From: Lachnospiraceae bacterium
GTDB taxonomy: Bacteria > Bacillota > Clostridia > Lachnospirales > Lachnospiraceae
Reading direction: 5' to 3'
Length of the DNA stretch: 64,000 bases
Assembly (NCBI GenBank): GCA_015056975.1
Contig: SVFG01000002.1
Location: forward strand, 5,553 to 69,552
Part shown: piece by piece, positions 37,453 to 47,460 of the stretch
Layout: every line of letters starts with the position of its first letter
Position numbering within the stretch: the stretch's first letter is position 1
The notes under the pieces: generated by a model
Database searches by the model: none
The model's input: only the letters and a program-made list of their open reading frames with translations
What the model was told of the DNA's origin: nothing
Program-made: the position numbers and the translations under genes

Positions 37453-37696
37453 AGGGAATTAAGGGGGGCATGGGGAGAAGTTTTGGACGATTCTGTTTCC
37501 GGATGGGTATTTTCTAAGCATTGCGAATAATCTGTAAATGCCTTACGGGGCAACGTGCACGACGCATCCATGCGCAGGCACGCCAAATTGCACATCCATG
37601 TGCAATTTCCCCTGTTTATCTTGCGCAATGCTTGAAAATGCAGCCATCCTCCACCTAAGAACGCCAAACCTTCTCCCCATGCCCTCTTAATTTCCT
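37453..37696. repeat. ~245-bp element with ~73-bp imperfect terminal inverted repeats and internal hairpins (MITE/REPIN-like or structured RNA)
   Basis: The left arm 37453-37525 is the imperfect reverse complement of 37624-37696. Two internal palindromes are centred on CATCCATG. Confidence 0.7.
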
Positions 37697-37705
37697 GCAC
37701 TATAA

Positions 37706-37736
37706 AGGAGCCGCGCACTTTACGTGCACGGCTCCT
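37706..37736 (-). terminator. Terminator hairpin after the GH51 gene
   Basis: AGGAGCCGCGCAC / GTGCACGGCTCCT near-perfect stem. Confidence 0.65.
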
Positions 37737-37749
37737 GACTTTTATACAA

Positions 37750-39351
37750 TTATACTTTAAATCTGAATACATTCCAGGACAAGGACTTCACGTTACCGTT
37801 TACCTTACCGTTCTCAAACTTGGTCTCAGTATTGTTAACAGGCTTAATCGCATCTGGAGTCTCATAGGTATTTGCCTTCTCCATATCATCTGTAAACATC
37901 TCGATATGCTCGATGAAGGATGCTCCCTCAAAACCGCTGACATCCAGCTCGATATCGTTGGAAGCTTCCCAGTTACGGTTGATAACGAAGATATTAAGCT
38001 CACCCTTCTCCTTATCGTATGCAGCAGCAGTCTCGATGAAATCAACACCCTCCTGCTCATAATACTGGTTGGTATCATCCACAATGTAGCTGGGGATATC
38101 ATAGGTATCACACTCTACGCTGGTACGCATGGAAGTACCTCTACCATACTGCATAAGCTGCTTATAGGGATGTGCAGCTGCTGTGCTCCATACATGCTCG
38201 CCGTCAGATGCTGCAAGCACATGTAATGCACCTGTCATACAGCCAATCTTCACACGATCAGCATGACGCAGGAAGGTCATGAGGATGGAAGCATTGTTCA
38301 GTGCTCCAAGCATGTCTCCGCCACCTCTGAAAGGTCTCTTCGGCATGTTGCTGGGATCATGACGCACATAAGTAGCATTGGGATTGAAGTTGTAATTATT
38401 TCTGTAGTGCAGATACTCATAACGTCCGTAGTGAACCTCTCCCTTAGGACGCATCATGGTACCATACTCATCGAAGGAAAGCATCATCTTCTTATCGGAC
38501 TTTAACTTTGCCTGCATGAAATCACAAAGTGCAATTTCAGTATTGATATAATCTTCAAAGTAACGGGATGCACCCATGTATGTAGGAATATCTCCCAGTA
38601 CAACGGACTGATAATGATGCATGGAGATATAATCTACGGAATGGTAGCACTCCTTAAGCACCTGCATATCCCAATCAGGATAGTGATACATATTGGGGGA
38701 ACAGGATACACATGCAGCAGTCTCAATCTTGGGATCTACCCACTTCATAGCCTTGGATACTTCATTTGCAAGAAGACCATATCCTCTGGGGTCATTCTTG
38801 TAAGAACCAATCTGCCAGTAACCATCCATCTCATTTCCGAGATACCAAACCTTTACCCCGTAGGGATCTTTGTGGCCATACTCACTACGAAGGTCAGACC
38901 AATAGGTACCTCCCTGATGATTGGTATATTCGATACAGCTGATGGCATCATTGATATTGCCTGTACCAAGATTGATGGTGTACAGAGCCTCTGTATTCGC
39001 CATCTCTGCCCACTGTAAATACTCATCATGTCCTACTTCATTGGTGTAGTACTGATGCCATGCCAAATCAAGGTGTGCTTTTCTCTTATCCATAGGTCCG
39101 ATGGAATCCTTCCAGTCCCAACCGGAAACATAGTTTCCTCCGGGAAGACGGGTTGCCGGAAGACCGGATGCTTTGATGGCATCAATAAAATCATGGCGGA
39201 GTCCCTTCTCATCAGCGGTGGGATGTTTCGGATTAAACATACTTCCGTTTACCATGTTGCCGATGGGCTCCAAAAATCCGGCATAAACGCGGGGAGAAAT
39301 CTCACCGATTTCATACGCCGGATGAACTGTAACTTTTGCTTTTTTAGGCAT
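37750..39351 (-). CDS. Alpha-L-arabinofuranosidase, GH51 family
   Basis: RLPGGNYVSG..W.D.IGP, NLGT, acid/base WYLGNEMDG.WQIG, nucleophile SFDEY, LRHADRVKI. No signal peptide. Confidence 0.88.
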   Translation of the reverse strand: MPKKAKVTVHPAYEIGEISPRVYAGFLEPIGNMVNGSMFNPKHPTADEKGLRHDFIDAIKASGLPATRLPGGNYVSGWDWKDSIGPMDKRKAHLDLAWHQYYTNEVGHDEYLQWAEMANTEALYTINLGTGNINDAISCIEYTNHQGGTYWSDLRSEYGHKDPYGVKVWYLGNEMDGYWQIGSYKNDPRGYGLLANEVSKAMKWVDPKIETAACVSCSPNMYHYPDWDMQVLKECYHSVDYISMHHYQSVVLGDIPTYMGASRYFEDYINTEIALCDFMQAKLKSDKKMMLSFDEYGTMMRPKGEVHYGRYEYLHYRNNYNFNPNATYVRHDPSNMPKRPFRGGGDMLGALNNASILMTFLRHADRVKIGCMTGALHVLAASDGEHVWSTAAAHPYKQLMQYGRGTSMRTSVECDTYDIPSYIVDDTNQYYEQEGVDFIETAAAYDKEKGELNIFVINRNWEASNDIELDVSGFEGASFIEHIEMFTDDMEKANTYETPDAIKPVNNTETKFENGKVNGNVKSLSWNVFRFKV

Positions 39352-39511
39352 GTTGCACCTCCATAAATATTTTTTCTTTACTTTTTTATAATATTTTACT
39401 ATATTTTCTCCCGAAAAACAATCTTGACATATTGCTATTGCCTATCACTTCTTGCTAAAACTAAAAGAATGCGCCGGAAGAATCCTTCCGACGCACAACA
39501 TATCTCGTTCC

Positions 39512-40897
39512 TTATTGCAGCTTCATAATATTTATTAACAAAACCCATGCCAATCCGTAATACGAAATTACTGCAACCAAATCATTGATGGTGGTAATCA
39601 AGGGACCGGACGCAACTGCAGGATCTATCTTTAATTTGTGGAAAAACAGCGGCACAACAGTTCCCACCAAGCTGGAGATAATCATTGCTACCACCAGTGC
39701 TATTCCCACACAGCCTGATACCGCAAAGGAAAACATAAATTCATATTGCTTTACAAAGTACACATACAGACCTATAAATACAAAAGATATGATTCCCAAC
39801 AGTAAACCATTGCACAGGCCGATTCGCATCTCCTTAAACAAAAGCTGCAGCTTTTGTGATTTTCTCACATTTTCATCCATAAGCACTCGGATGGTTACCG
39901 CCAGAGATTGTGTCCCAACGTTTCCTGCCATACCTAATATAAGTGATTGGAAACATACGATAATGGCAAGCTGTGATACTACGGATTCAAAAATTCCCAC
40001 TACTGAAGACACTCCGATGCCCAAGCCTAACAATACTATCAACCAGGGCAAACGCTTTTTCATACTGTCAAGCAACGTCTCATTCAAATCCTCTGCCTCC
40101 GTCAAACCTGCCAGCTTGACGTAGTCGTCTTCCATCTCATCATCCACAACCTCAATGATGTCCTGCGCTGTAATAACACCTAGAATCCGGTTCTGTTCAT
40201 CCAGTACCGGAATGGAATCCTCCGCATACCCTCTGATTTTCTCCAAACATTCCGAAACCTTCTCATAATCGTAAACGAACGGGTAGGCATGACTGATATA
40301 GTCCTCCAAATCTTCATGGGCTCTGGCAGTAATCAAATCCTTCAAATCCATGGCTCCATAAAAGGTTTCGTCTTCGTTATATACATAAATGGTATATATA
40401 TTATCATTTTCCTCAGCCTGGGCCACCATTTCCTTCATTGCTTCCTTTACGGAAATCCCCTTTTTCACGGATATGAAATTGGTAGTCATTTTGCTACCGA
40501 TTTCATCCTCATCATAGGACTGAATCAAACGGATGTCCCGGCTGCTCTCGTCGTCCATAAGGCTGACCAGCTTCTCACCGATTTCCTCATCCATGGTCTC
40601 CAAAATATCAACCGCATCATCGGAGTCCATGTTTTCAATGATTTCCGCAGCCTTCTCCAATTCCAGCTCTTCAAAATAAGGAGAAGCATCCTCTAAATAT
40701 GCAAAAATCTCAGAAACCCATTCAATTCCCAACACACTGTAGAGCGCACTGCGTTCTTCTTTGGTCAAAAACTCAAGTGCCTCTGCAATATCATTCTCAT
40801 GATAGTTCTCAAGGGCTTCCAAAAGCTTCTGTGTATCGGAGGTTTCTCGAACTAACTGTACAATCTCATCTATATACATATTCTGCATAATATCCAT
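39512..40897 (-). CDS. mgtE: Magnesium transporter MgtE
   Basis: Acidic N domain (MDSDDAVD), CBS pair, KRLPWL, GNVGTQ, DPAVASGPLITTIND. Confidence 0.95.
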   Translation of the reverse strand: MDIMQNMYIDEIVQLVRETSDTQKLLEALENYHENDIAEALEFLTKEERSALYSVLGIEWVSEIFAYLEDASPYFEELELEKAAEIIENMDSDDAVDILETMDEEIGEKLVSLMDDESSRDIRLIQSYDEDEIGSKMTTNFISVKKGISVKEAMKEMVAQAEENDNIYTIYVYNEDETFYGAMDLKDLITARAHEDLEDYISHAYPFVYDYEKVSECLEKIRGYAEDSIPVLDEQNRILGVITAQDIIEVVDDEMEDDYVKLAGLTEAEDLNETLLDSMKKRLPWLIVLLGLGIGVSSVVGIFESVVSQLAIIVCFQSLILGMAGNVGTQSLAVTIRVLMDENVRKSQKLQLLFKEMRIGLCNGLLLGIISFVFIGLYVYFVKQYEFMFSFAVSGCVGIALVVAMIISSLVGTVVPLFFHKLKIDPAVASGPLITTINDLVAVISYYGLAWVLLINIMKLQ

Positions 40898-40937
40898 GGC
40901 AGTCTTCCTCCCCACGTCTCATTCTTCGCTCTTAGAA

Positions 40938-40964
40938 AGCTACCTCTTAACATAAGAGGTAGCT
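40938..40964 (-). terminator. Hairpin between the GGDEF gene and mgtE
   Basis: Perfect 12-bp stem AGCTACCTCTTA / TAAGAGGTAGCT; weak U-tract. Confidence 0.55.
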
Positions 40965-40979
40965 CTATATGTGAACTGA

Positions 40980-42878
40980 CTATACTTCCATTTCACCATG
41001 CTGCTTTTTCTTCGCCAAATACATTGCATCGTCAGCTTTCTTCAGGCATTCCGATAAATCAAGTTCTTCGTCAGGTTCCACCAGCACAAAACCGACTCCA
41101 ACCTTGAGCTGATAAGGCAACTTATTCTGCTGAGCAGCTTTTTCCAGATGCTCACTGATATCACGAAGCAGTCTTACGGGATGCTGTTCATCAGTACACT
41201 CTCCGATCATAATGAACTCATCACCGCCGTAGCGCACGATAATCCACTGTTCTTCATTAAGCACTTCCCTAATGGCATTAGCCACTGTGCAAATTGCCGT
41301 ATCTCCCTGCAGGTGACCATACTTATCATTAATCACCTTCATCTTATTAATGTCAGCAAACATAAGCACCGCGCGCTTACCCTCCCTGTGACATTTCTTG
41401 AGATAAGGATACGCCACCTTTTCACAACCCATACGGTTATAAACACCGGTAAGACCGTCTGTGACAGATAACTTGGACAACTGGTCATTCAGCTCCTGCA
41501 TTACAATATTCTGCCTTACTCTTTCAAATACCAGCTTGATGTTTCGCATCCAAGAGTACAGCAAATAATCATACATCATTGGTACTTCCTGTCCCAATGC
41601 CACATAACCATAACCACCCTCTTTGCTGTAAAGCGGCAGGAAAATATATATCTTACTTTCGTCACTTTCTGCATCATATCCCGGAATCAGTTCATCAGTT
41701 TCGATATGCTTGCGCCCTATGGACACTCCGTTCTTCAAGCCACAAATGACATCCATGTTTTCAGTATATCCTCTATCCTGCAGAGACATACCGCCCTTTA
41801 AGGAAGAAAAGAAGTTGTCCATCAGGCAGACATACATCTCTTCACCTTCATATTTATGGTCTCCCTCCAGATAAGCACTGAAGCTTGTATGGAGTTCATC
41901 ATCTGTACGCACATTGGAAAGGCATTCGGCAATATCACACAAATGTCCCTCCCAAAAAGAATTATTTACATAACGGTCATAATTGCTTAACCGCCCCATA
42001 ACAATCATACCATCCGGTTCTGAAACAAGACATCCGCAGCTTTCACCTGGTACCATCTTAGAATCAATATTGATACTTGCGGAAGTTTCCTCTCCATCCA
42101 ACTTCTGCAACAAATATTGCATTCCCTGATAGCCCAGGCTGTCCCAATTACGGTCAACAGAAGCAATAGAAAAATCGCTCGCAGATTCCAGATGGTCAAA
42201 TCCGGTCACTTTTACATCCTGCGGCACCTTTATACCGCACTCCTTCAAAACGATACATGCTGCCATAGCCATTACATCATTGGCACACACAATAGCATCC
42301 GGCAATTTATCATGAGCCTCAATCCATTCGGGCAATTGACTCTGCACCTCAAAATAGTTCCAATTACCATAAATAACATAATCTTCTTTTAAGGTAAGTC
42401 CGTTTTTCTCAAGCACATCCTCCAGCGCTACTCTTCTGGTATCGCTCTCATTGTTCCCTGCCGGACCACTGATAAACAGTACATCCTTTACATGATGCTT
42501 TTCAACCAGATGCGTACCTAATTCATACATACCGGGATAATTATCCGTTCCCAGATAATCAATTCCATCCATCTGATATTCCAAACTAATGGTAGGTAAC
42601 TCTTTCCTTTGAATAACATTGCGCAGATAATCAAATTCCTCCTGCAAATGGAATGTATTGGCCAACAAAATCACTCCGTCAAACTGGCCAAATTCCATCA
42701 AACGGAATATGTTTGCATCTCCTACATCCTTATATGGCTCACCATTTCCCACGGAATAATTCATCAGCAAAAAAACATCCACATTATTCTCATCCGCACA
42801 TTTACGGATACCGGATAAAACCACCTCTAAATATTCATTACTCCAACCATTACCACAAACTGCAATCCTTCTCTTCAT
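40980..42878 (-). CDS. Diguanylate cyclase with N-terminal LacI-type ligand-binding domain
   Basis: PDAIVCANDVMA and VPQDVKVTGFD (LacI/PBP1 fold). C-terminal DGLTGVYNR, DINKMK.IND.YGH..GD, RYGGDEF. Confidence 0.9.
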   Translation of the reverse strand: MKRRIAVCGNGWSNEYLEVVLSGIRKCADENNVDVFLLMNYSVGNGEPYKDVGDANIFRLMEFGQFDGVILLANTFHLQEEFDYLRNVIQRKELPTISLEYQMDGIDYLGTDNYPGMYELGTHLVEKHHVKDVLFISGPAGNNESDTRRVALEDVLEKNGLTLKEDYVIYGNWNYFEVQSQLPEWIEAHDKLPDAIVCANDVMAMAACIVLKECGIKVPQDVKVTGFDHLESASDFSIASVDRNWDSLGYQGMQYLLQKLDGEETSASINIDSKMVPGESCGCLVSEPDGMIVMGRLSNYDRYVNNSFWEGHLCDIAECLSNVRTDDELHTSFSAYLEGDHKYEGEEMYVCLMDNFFSSLKGGMSLQDRGYTENMDVICGLKNGVSIGRKHIETDELIPGYDAESDESKIYIFLPLYSKEGGYGYVALGQEVPMMYDYLLYSWMRNIKLVFERVRQNIVMQELNDQLSKLSVTDGLTGVYNRMGCEKVAYPYLKKCHREGKRAVLMFADINKMKVINDKYGHLQGDTAICTVANAIREVLNEEQWIIVRYGGDEFIMIGECTDEQHPVRLLRDISEHLEKAAQQNKLPYQLKVGVGFVLVEPDEELDLSECLKKADDAMYLAKKKQHGEMEV

Positions 42879-42944
42879 ATAGGCCCCACCTTAACTGATT
42901 GCTACATAATCATATAGCCATTATACTCTACTTTCCTACTGCTT

Positions 42945-43856
42945 TCAATCATTTGTACGGGTTCTTGCAGTAATAATCCAAGGCGCAGGCTCCTGCTTAA
43001 AGGTATTGTTGCTTCCCAGCTTTGAAATGGATACCTGAATGGTATCAATATCAGTCAGACCCAGTTCCTGAAGTGTACCTGTAATGCCTGCTGCCACCTT
43101 GAAATCCAGAGTATAGAGCACTACATTAATGTTGGGATTAACGCCTACAAGATATTCCAATTCCTTCTCCGTGCTGGCTGATGCCACCATAAATACAAGT
43201 GACGGTACCGGACAATCCTTCATACTATCTTCATCCACACGGTCTTTAATTTTGACATTGTGCAAATCAAAATGTGCTACATTGTCCTCTAAGGTATCCC
43301 TGTCCTGACCGTTATATTCCACAGCTATTACAGTCCCTTCCGGAGCCATAAGCGCAGTTTCGATTGCAATACTTGCTCCACCGATAACGCATATGTCATC
43401 CTGAGGTGCTACCATCATCTTATTTAAGATAATTGCACGGATTTCACTTCCTACATAACGAATGGAACCGCGCTGGAACATTTCGTTGCTCAGACCGATT
43501 TTCGCTGTATTTCTGGCATTGGGATTGATAATAAGCATACCGGCAGATGCATTGATACCTCTGTCAATCATGTCCTTTACCTTCTGATGCAAAATCTCAC
43601 CGGAAGGATCAGAACCCTCGTTGTACCATACATCGCATTCGCCTAGTCCTGCATTCCACAGGCGGTAGAAAATGTCATCAATACCCGCATTGGTAAACAC
43701 CATGGTAGTCTTGTGTGCTTCTACCGTAGGAATTACATTCTTATTCTTTTTGGTAATATCAATCAGCTTCACATGCTCCAAATCCAATGTGGTATTCTTG
43801 GCATAATACTGAAGCCATGATAAAATCACTTCATTTGTAAAAATCTGCTGTTCCAT
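42945..43856 (-). CDS. Divergent CbiT/precorrin-6B methyltransferase-like protein
   Basis: GL.NE.F.RG...SEIRAIIL.KM...IAIE.A..APEGTVIAVE resembles CbiT, but the SAM glycine loop is degenerate. Confidence 0.6.
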   Translation of the reverse strand: MEQQIFTNEVILSWLQYYAKNTTLDLEHVKLIDITKKNKNVIPTVEAHKTTMVFTNAGIDDIFYRLWNAGLGECDVWYNEGSDPSGEILHQKVKDMIDRGINASAGMLIINPNARNTAKIGLSNEMFQRGSIRYVGSEIRAIILNKMMVAPQDDICVIGGASIAIETALMAPEGTVIAVEYNGQDRDTLEDNVAHFDLHNVKIKDRVDEDSMKDCPVPSLVFMVASASTEKELEYLVGVNPNINVVLYTLDFKVAAGITGTLQELGLTDIDTIQVSISKLGSNNTFKQEPAPWIITARTRTND

Positions 43857-43876
43857 AATGAACCCCCTTGTATTTT

Positions 43877-44620
43877 CTATATTTCCTTGCCGTTCCAGGC
43901 AAAGCTGCATATCTTCTCATAGCCTGCATTTATCAGGCATTGTGCCGCAACCTCACTTTGACTTCCTTCCTCACAATACAAAAGCAGTCTTCGCGTACGG
44001 TCTTCACATACCATATACGGATTTTTGAGAATTTCATTCATCGTTATATGCATGGCACCTTTCATGTGATTTTCACGGAAATCATATAGCGGTCGCACAT
44101 CAATCAACAGAGTATCCTTTTGTTGTAAAAATTCTTTTACCTGTTGCAATGTAATTACTTCTGCAACACGTTTTCCCTGTTGCTTGACTACTCTGGTCTT
44201 GCGCTTGCCCAAACAAAACAATCTCTCAAGAATCTCTGCACATTCGTCATCCCATACCGTCTCTTCCATCCCAAATATCAGACTTTCTTCTCCAAATGGA
44301 AGGCCATCCATGATACCTTTACAATACACCTGCGCCACATGCATCACACAGCTTCTGCAATCGTACAAGTCCTGCAATTCACCGGCAGGGCTGATGTCCA
44401 AAAGCTCTGTTTCCTTTAATTCAAACCGCATAAACTGATGCACAATACGGGCTGCTGATTTACGGCTTATGGGCATTTCTCTGCCTGTCACATCCATATC
44501 CTCCAACCAACCTTTGGCATAGCCATAGGATATGACATCCTCTGCAATTCTTTCTGCCCGTCTTACAATCTCCGATGCGAACCATTCTACCGTGACTTCA
44601 TCAGTATGGTTAATCATCAT
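43877..44620 (-). CDS. Rhodanese-domain protein with N-terminal SLH-like/CxxC region
   Basis: LIDVRP..DF..NHMKGA and LLYCEEGSQS rhodanese motifs. N-terminal DLYDCRSC...VYCKGIMDG. Confidence 0.78.
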   Translation of the reverse strand: MMINHTDEVTVEWFASEIVRRAERIAEDVISYGYAKGWLEDMDVTGREMPISRKSAARIVHQFMRFELKETELLDISPAGELQDLYDCRSCVMHVAQVYCKGIMDGLPFGEESLIFGMEETVWDDECAEILERLFCLGKRKTRVVKQQGKRVAEVITLQQVKEFLQQKDTLLIDVRPLYDFRENHMKGAMHITMNEILKNPYMVCEDRTRRLLLYCEEGSQSEVAAQCLINAGYEKICSFAWNGKEI

Positions 44621-44621
44621 A

Positions 44622-46397
44622 TTAGCAAGCCTTAATACGGATTGTCACGCTGTCACATGCCTCAAGATGGCTTACTGTAAAGCGTCCCTCTGCCTGCTTT
44701 GTAACCTCTCCGGTCCACAAATCCGTTAAAGTATAAGCAGTCGCATTTTTAAACGCATCTGCATTTACCATCTTTGCCCCCAGCTTCTCTACGATAAAGT
44801 CTGCGCTCACGCTAAGCTCTCCATCCCATACCTGCTCACTTACATTGATAAATGACACTGCCACATCACCGTCTGCAAGAGGCTTCACCAGAATATCACA
44901 ACGATTGATATCAGTAATATATTCTGCCGGCGACGCATTCTCAAGAGTTGTAAATACACGCTTAGCCTGTATTCCGAGAGCATCCTGATTCAGCGCAATC
45001 AGTTCCCTATTCGCGATAATATTATGCAGTACATCTCCACGCTCCACGCGGCGCAAATCCAGTCCCAGCATCAGGGGTGAATTCATCATGCACCACATAG
45101 CCATATGAGTCTTGCACATGGTATCGTTCAGTCCGTTCATACCGATGGTCAGCATGTCAGGGTCATTCCATCCCTTGTCAAGACCTGCATACTCATCCAT
45201 TACTACAGCCTTATTGTACTGTGAGGTTACACTTGCTGTTCCGGGCTCCATCCAGATAGCTCTTCCGGGGTTGCCATCGGAACCTACAAAGAAGGTAATA
45301 TCATTTAAAATTCTCCAGGAATCACCCACCTTGTATCCCCAATTCTGAGGCTGCGTCTTACCCCATTCACAGATAGAGAAAATTACATCATGGTTAGGAT
45401 CTGCCTTGTTCAGACCTTCCAGTAACTTCGCATAAGAATTCAGGGTATTCTCCTGTCTTCTGTGATTCATAATACGGATGCTGTTCTCACCCGCCTCCAA
45501 AGCTGCCTTTATGGTAATTGTACCTGAAAAATCGGTGGTTGACTCTGTTGCAGGGACAAAATCATCGTAAACAAGAGTTTCACCAATTGCCAGCTGCAGC
45601 CAGCTTCCCACACCTACCTCTTCACCGGTAGCATATGTAATTGTAATATCATATTCGCCTGCAGCAGGTACCTCTGCGTTAATCACCAGTTCTCCGCTCA
45701 TGGGACCGATGGGTGTCACACCGGTATTGGTACCGTCAAAGGTACCGATATTAGTAACATAATCATCCTGAATACGGCAGCCACAGCCGGTCAGCTCACC
45801 GTCTACAGCCGCAAAACACTTATCATATCCCTCTCCGGTAACCTGTACCGCTTTGATATTGGGTGTATATACAAACTTCGCATTTGTTCTTGCAGAAAAG
45901 GTTGCATTATCCCACAGATAATAGCAGTTATCTACCTTCAGGAAATCTACACCCCAGTCAATGTAAGACTGTGCATCCACATCCTCGTGGAAACAGGTTC
46001 CCACTGCAGCACCTGCGCAAAGATTGGTTCCGATGTCATTGTACATACCAAACTTAAGACCCTTTGCATGAATATAGTCAGAAAGCTCCTTAAAGCCCAA
46101 GGGGAACTTCTGTGTCTCATTGGAAAGCTCTCCATCCACACGCTCAGATTTATAGCAGCCGTCATCAAGCACTACAAACTCATAACCCAGCTCCTTCAAT
46201 CCAAGCTCTACAATCTTATCAGCCATAATCTTCGTGAGCTCTGCGGTATTACCGCTTCCAAATGCATTCCAGCTGTTCCAGCCCATTGCAGGCAAATGAT
46301 TTTTCTTTTTGTTTAATAACACCTTGCCATTAAAGAAAGAATCATAACTGTATTCTTTCCCCTGTAATTTGCCAGGTCTTGACATTGTTTCACTCAT
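44622..46397 (-). CDS. Alpha-galactosidase, GH27 family, with an inserted CBM6/35-like domain
   Basis: PAMGWNSWN, LDDG, nucleophile FLKVDNC, FSICEWG, SWRILND, WNDPDML, NQDALG. Confidence 0.9.
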   Translation of the reverse strand: MSETMSRPGKLQGKEYSYDSFFNGKVLLNKKKNHLPAMGWNSWNAFGSGNTAELTKIMADKIVELGLKELGYEFVVLDDGCYKSERVDGELSNETQKFPLGFKELSDYIHAKGLKFGMYNDIGTNLCAGAAVGTCFHEDVDAQSYIDWGVDFLKVDNCYYLWDNATFSARTNAKFVYTPNIKAVQVTGEGYDKCFAAVDGELTGCGCRIQDDYVTNIGTFDGTNTGVTPIGPMSGELVINAEVPAAGEYDITITYATGEEVGVGSWLQLAIGETLVYDDFVPATESTTDFSGTITIKAALEAGENSIRIMNHRRQENTLNSYAKLLEGLNKADPNHDVIFSICEWGKTQPQNWGYKVGDSWRILNDITFFVGSDGNPGRAIWMEPGTASVTSQYNKAVVMDEYAGLDKGWNDPDMLTIGMNGLNDTMCKTHMAMWCMMNSPLMLGLDLRRVERGDVLHNIIANRELIALNQDALGIQAKRVFTTLENASPAEYITDINRCDILVKPLADGDVAVSFINVSEQVWDGELSVSADFIVEKLGAKMVNADAFKNATAYTLTDLWTGEVTKQAEGRFTVSHLEACDSVTIRIKAC

Positions 46398-46598
46398 AAT
46401 AACGATATCCTTTCATACATAAAAATTTGCCCATACTTTAGTAGCCTAATTATACTCTTTTTCTTACAATTATACAATACATTTTACATCTGTTGAATTG
46501 CATATTGAAACTTTTACAGTAGTAAAAATTCTTTTCCTGTGATATACTTGATTCGATGTATCAAATGACAGACAAACAGATTAGAGGAGGATAACAAA

Positions 46599-47399
46599 AT
46601 GAGCACTACTTATGATGCGCCGAAAGGCTTTGACACTGTCCAGGAAGGGGTAACCTACAGTGCCATTCAGGAAATCACCTATGAATCCAAGACCACCGGC
46701 ACAGTCCGCAAGGCAAATCTGCTTTTACCCGTAAATTATGACGAAAGCAAGCAGTATCCGGTACTTTACTTACTGCACGGTATCGGCGGCGACCACAATG
46801 AATGGTTATTCGGTGAGCCTGCAAATGTTTTCGGCAACCTTTGGGCAAAGGGTGAAGCAAAGGAAATGATAGTGGTAATCCCCAATGTACGTGCAAGAGC
46901 AAATGACGCCGGCAATCCCGAGGATATCTACACCCCCAAGCATTTCGAGGCATTTGATAATTTTATCAATGACTTACGCGATGACTTAATGCCATTTATC
47001 GAGAAAAATTATTCCGTAAAAACCGGACGTGAGAATACCGCTATCGCAGGTCTCTCCATGGGTGGACGTACCTCTCTTTACATTGGTGTTACCATGCCTG
47101 AAACCTTCGGCTATATCGGAGCCTTCTGCCCCGCTCCCGGCGTACTGGCATACACCAATTTCGGCATTTCTTCCGGCGGTCTCTTTACCAAGGAAGCATT
47201 CACTCTGCCCAAGGATTTAAAGACCTTTGTCATGATTGTAGAGGGTGCAACAGACGGTGTGGTAACCCACTTCCCCAAGGATTATCACGAGGCGCTTGCA
47301 GACAATGGTGTTGAGCATGTTTACTATGTAACGGAAGGCGGACACGACTTCACGGTATGGAAGCATGGCCTGTACAACTTTGCAAAGAACATATTCTAA
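46599..47399 (+). CDS. Alpha/beta-hydrolase esterase (CE1 / feruloyl esterase-like)
   Basis: YPVLYLLHGIGG, nucleophile elbow GLSMGG, GGHDFTVW. Confidence 0.88.
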   Translation: MSTTYDAPKGFDTVQEGVTYSAIQEITYESKTTGTVRKANLLLPVNYDESKQYPVLYLLHGIGGDHNEWLFGEPANVFGNLWAKGEAKEMIVVIPNVRARANDAGNPEDIYTPKHFEAFDNFINDLRDDLMPFIEKNYSVKTGRENTAIAGLSMGGRTSLYIGVTMPETFGYIGAFCPAPGVLAYTNFGISSGGLFTKEAFTLPKDLKTFVMIVEGATDGVVTHFPKDYHEALADNGVEHVYYVTEGGHDFTVWKHGLYNFAKNIF

Positions 47400-47412
47400 A
47401 TGTATTGATACC

Positions 47413-47444
47413 AAGAAGCCGGTGGAATAAACCACCGGCTTCTT
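47413..47444. terminator. Bidirectional terminator
   Basis: Perfect 13-bp stem AAGAAGCCGGTGG / CCACCGGCTTCTT between convergent genes. Confidence 0.8.
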
Positions 47445-47460
47445 ATCTTACAAATATTAC

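Noticed and set aside
40898-40979. M-box (Mg2+) riboswitch upstream of mgtE
   Set aside because: The gap is only about 80 nt and holds a single simple hairpin, too short for the M-box fold.
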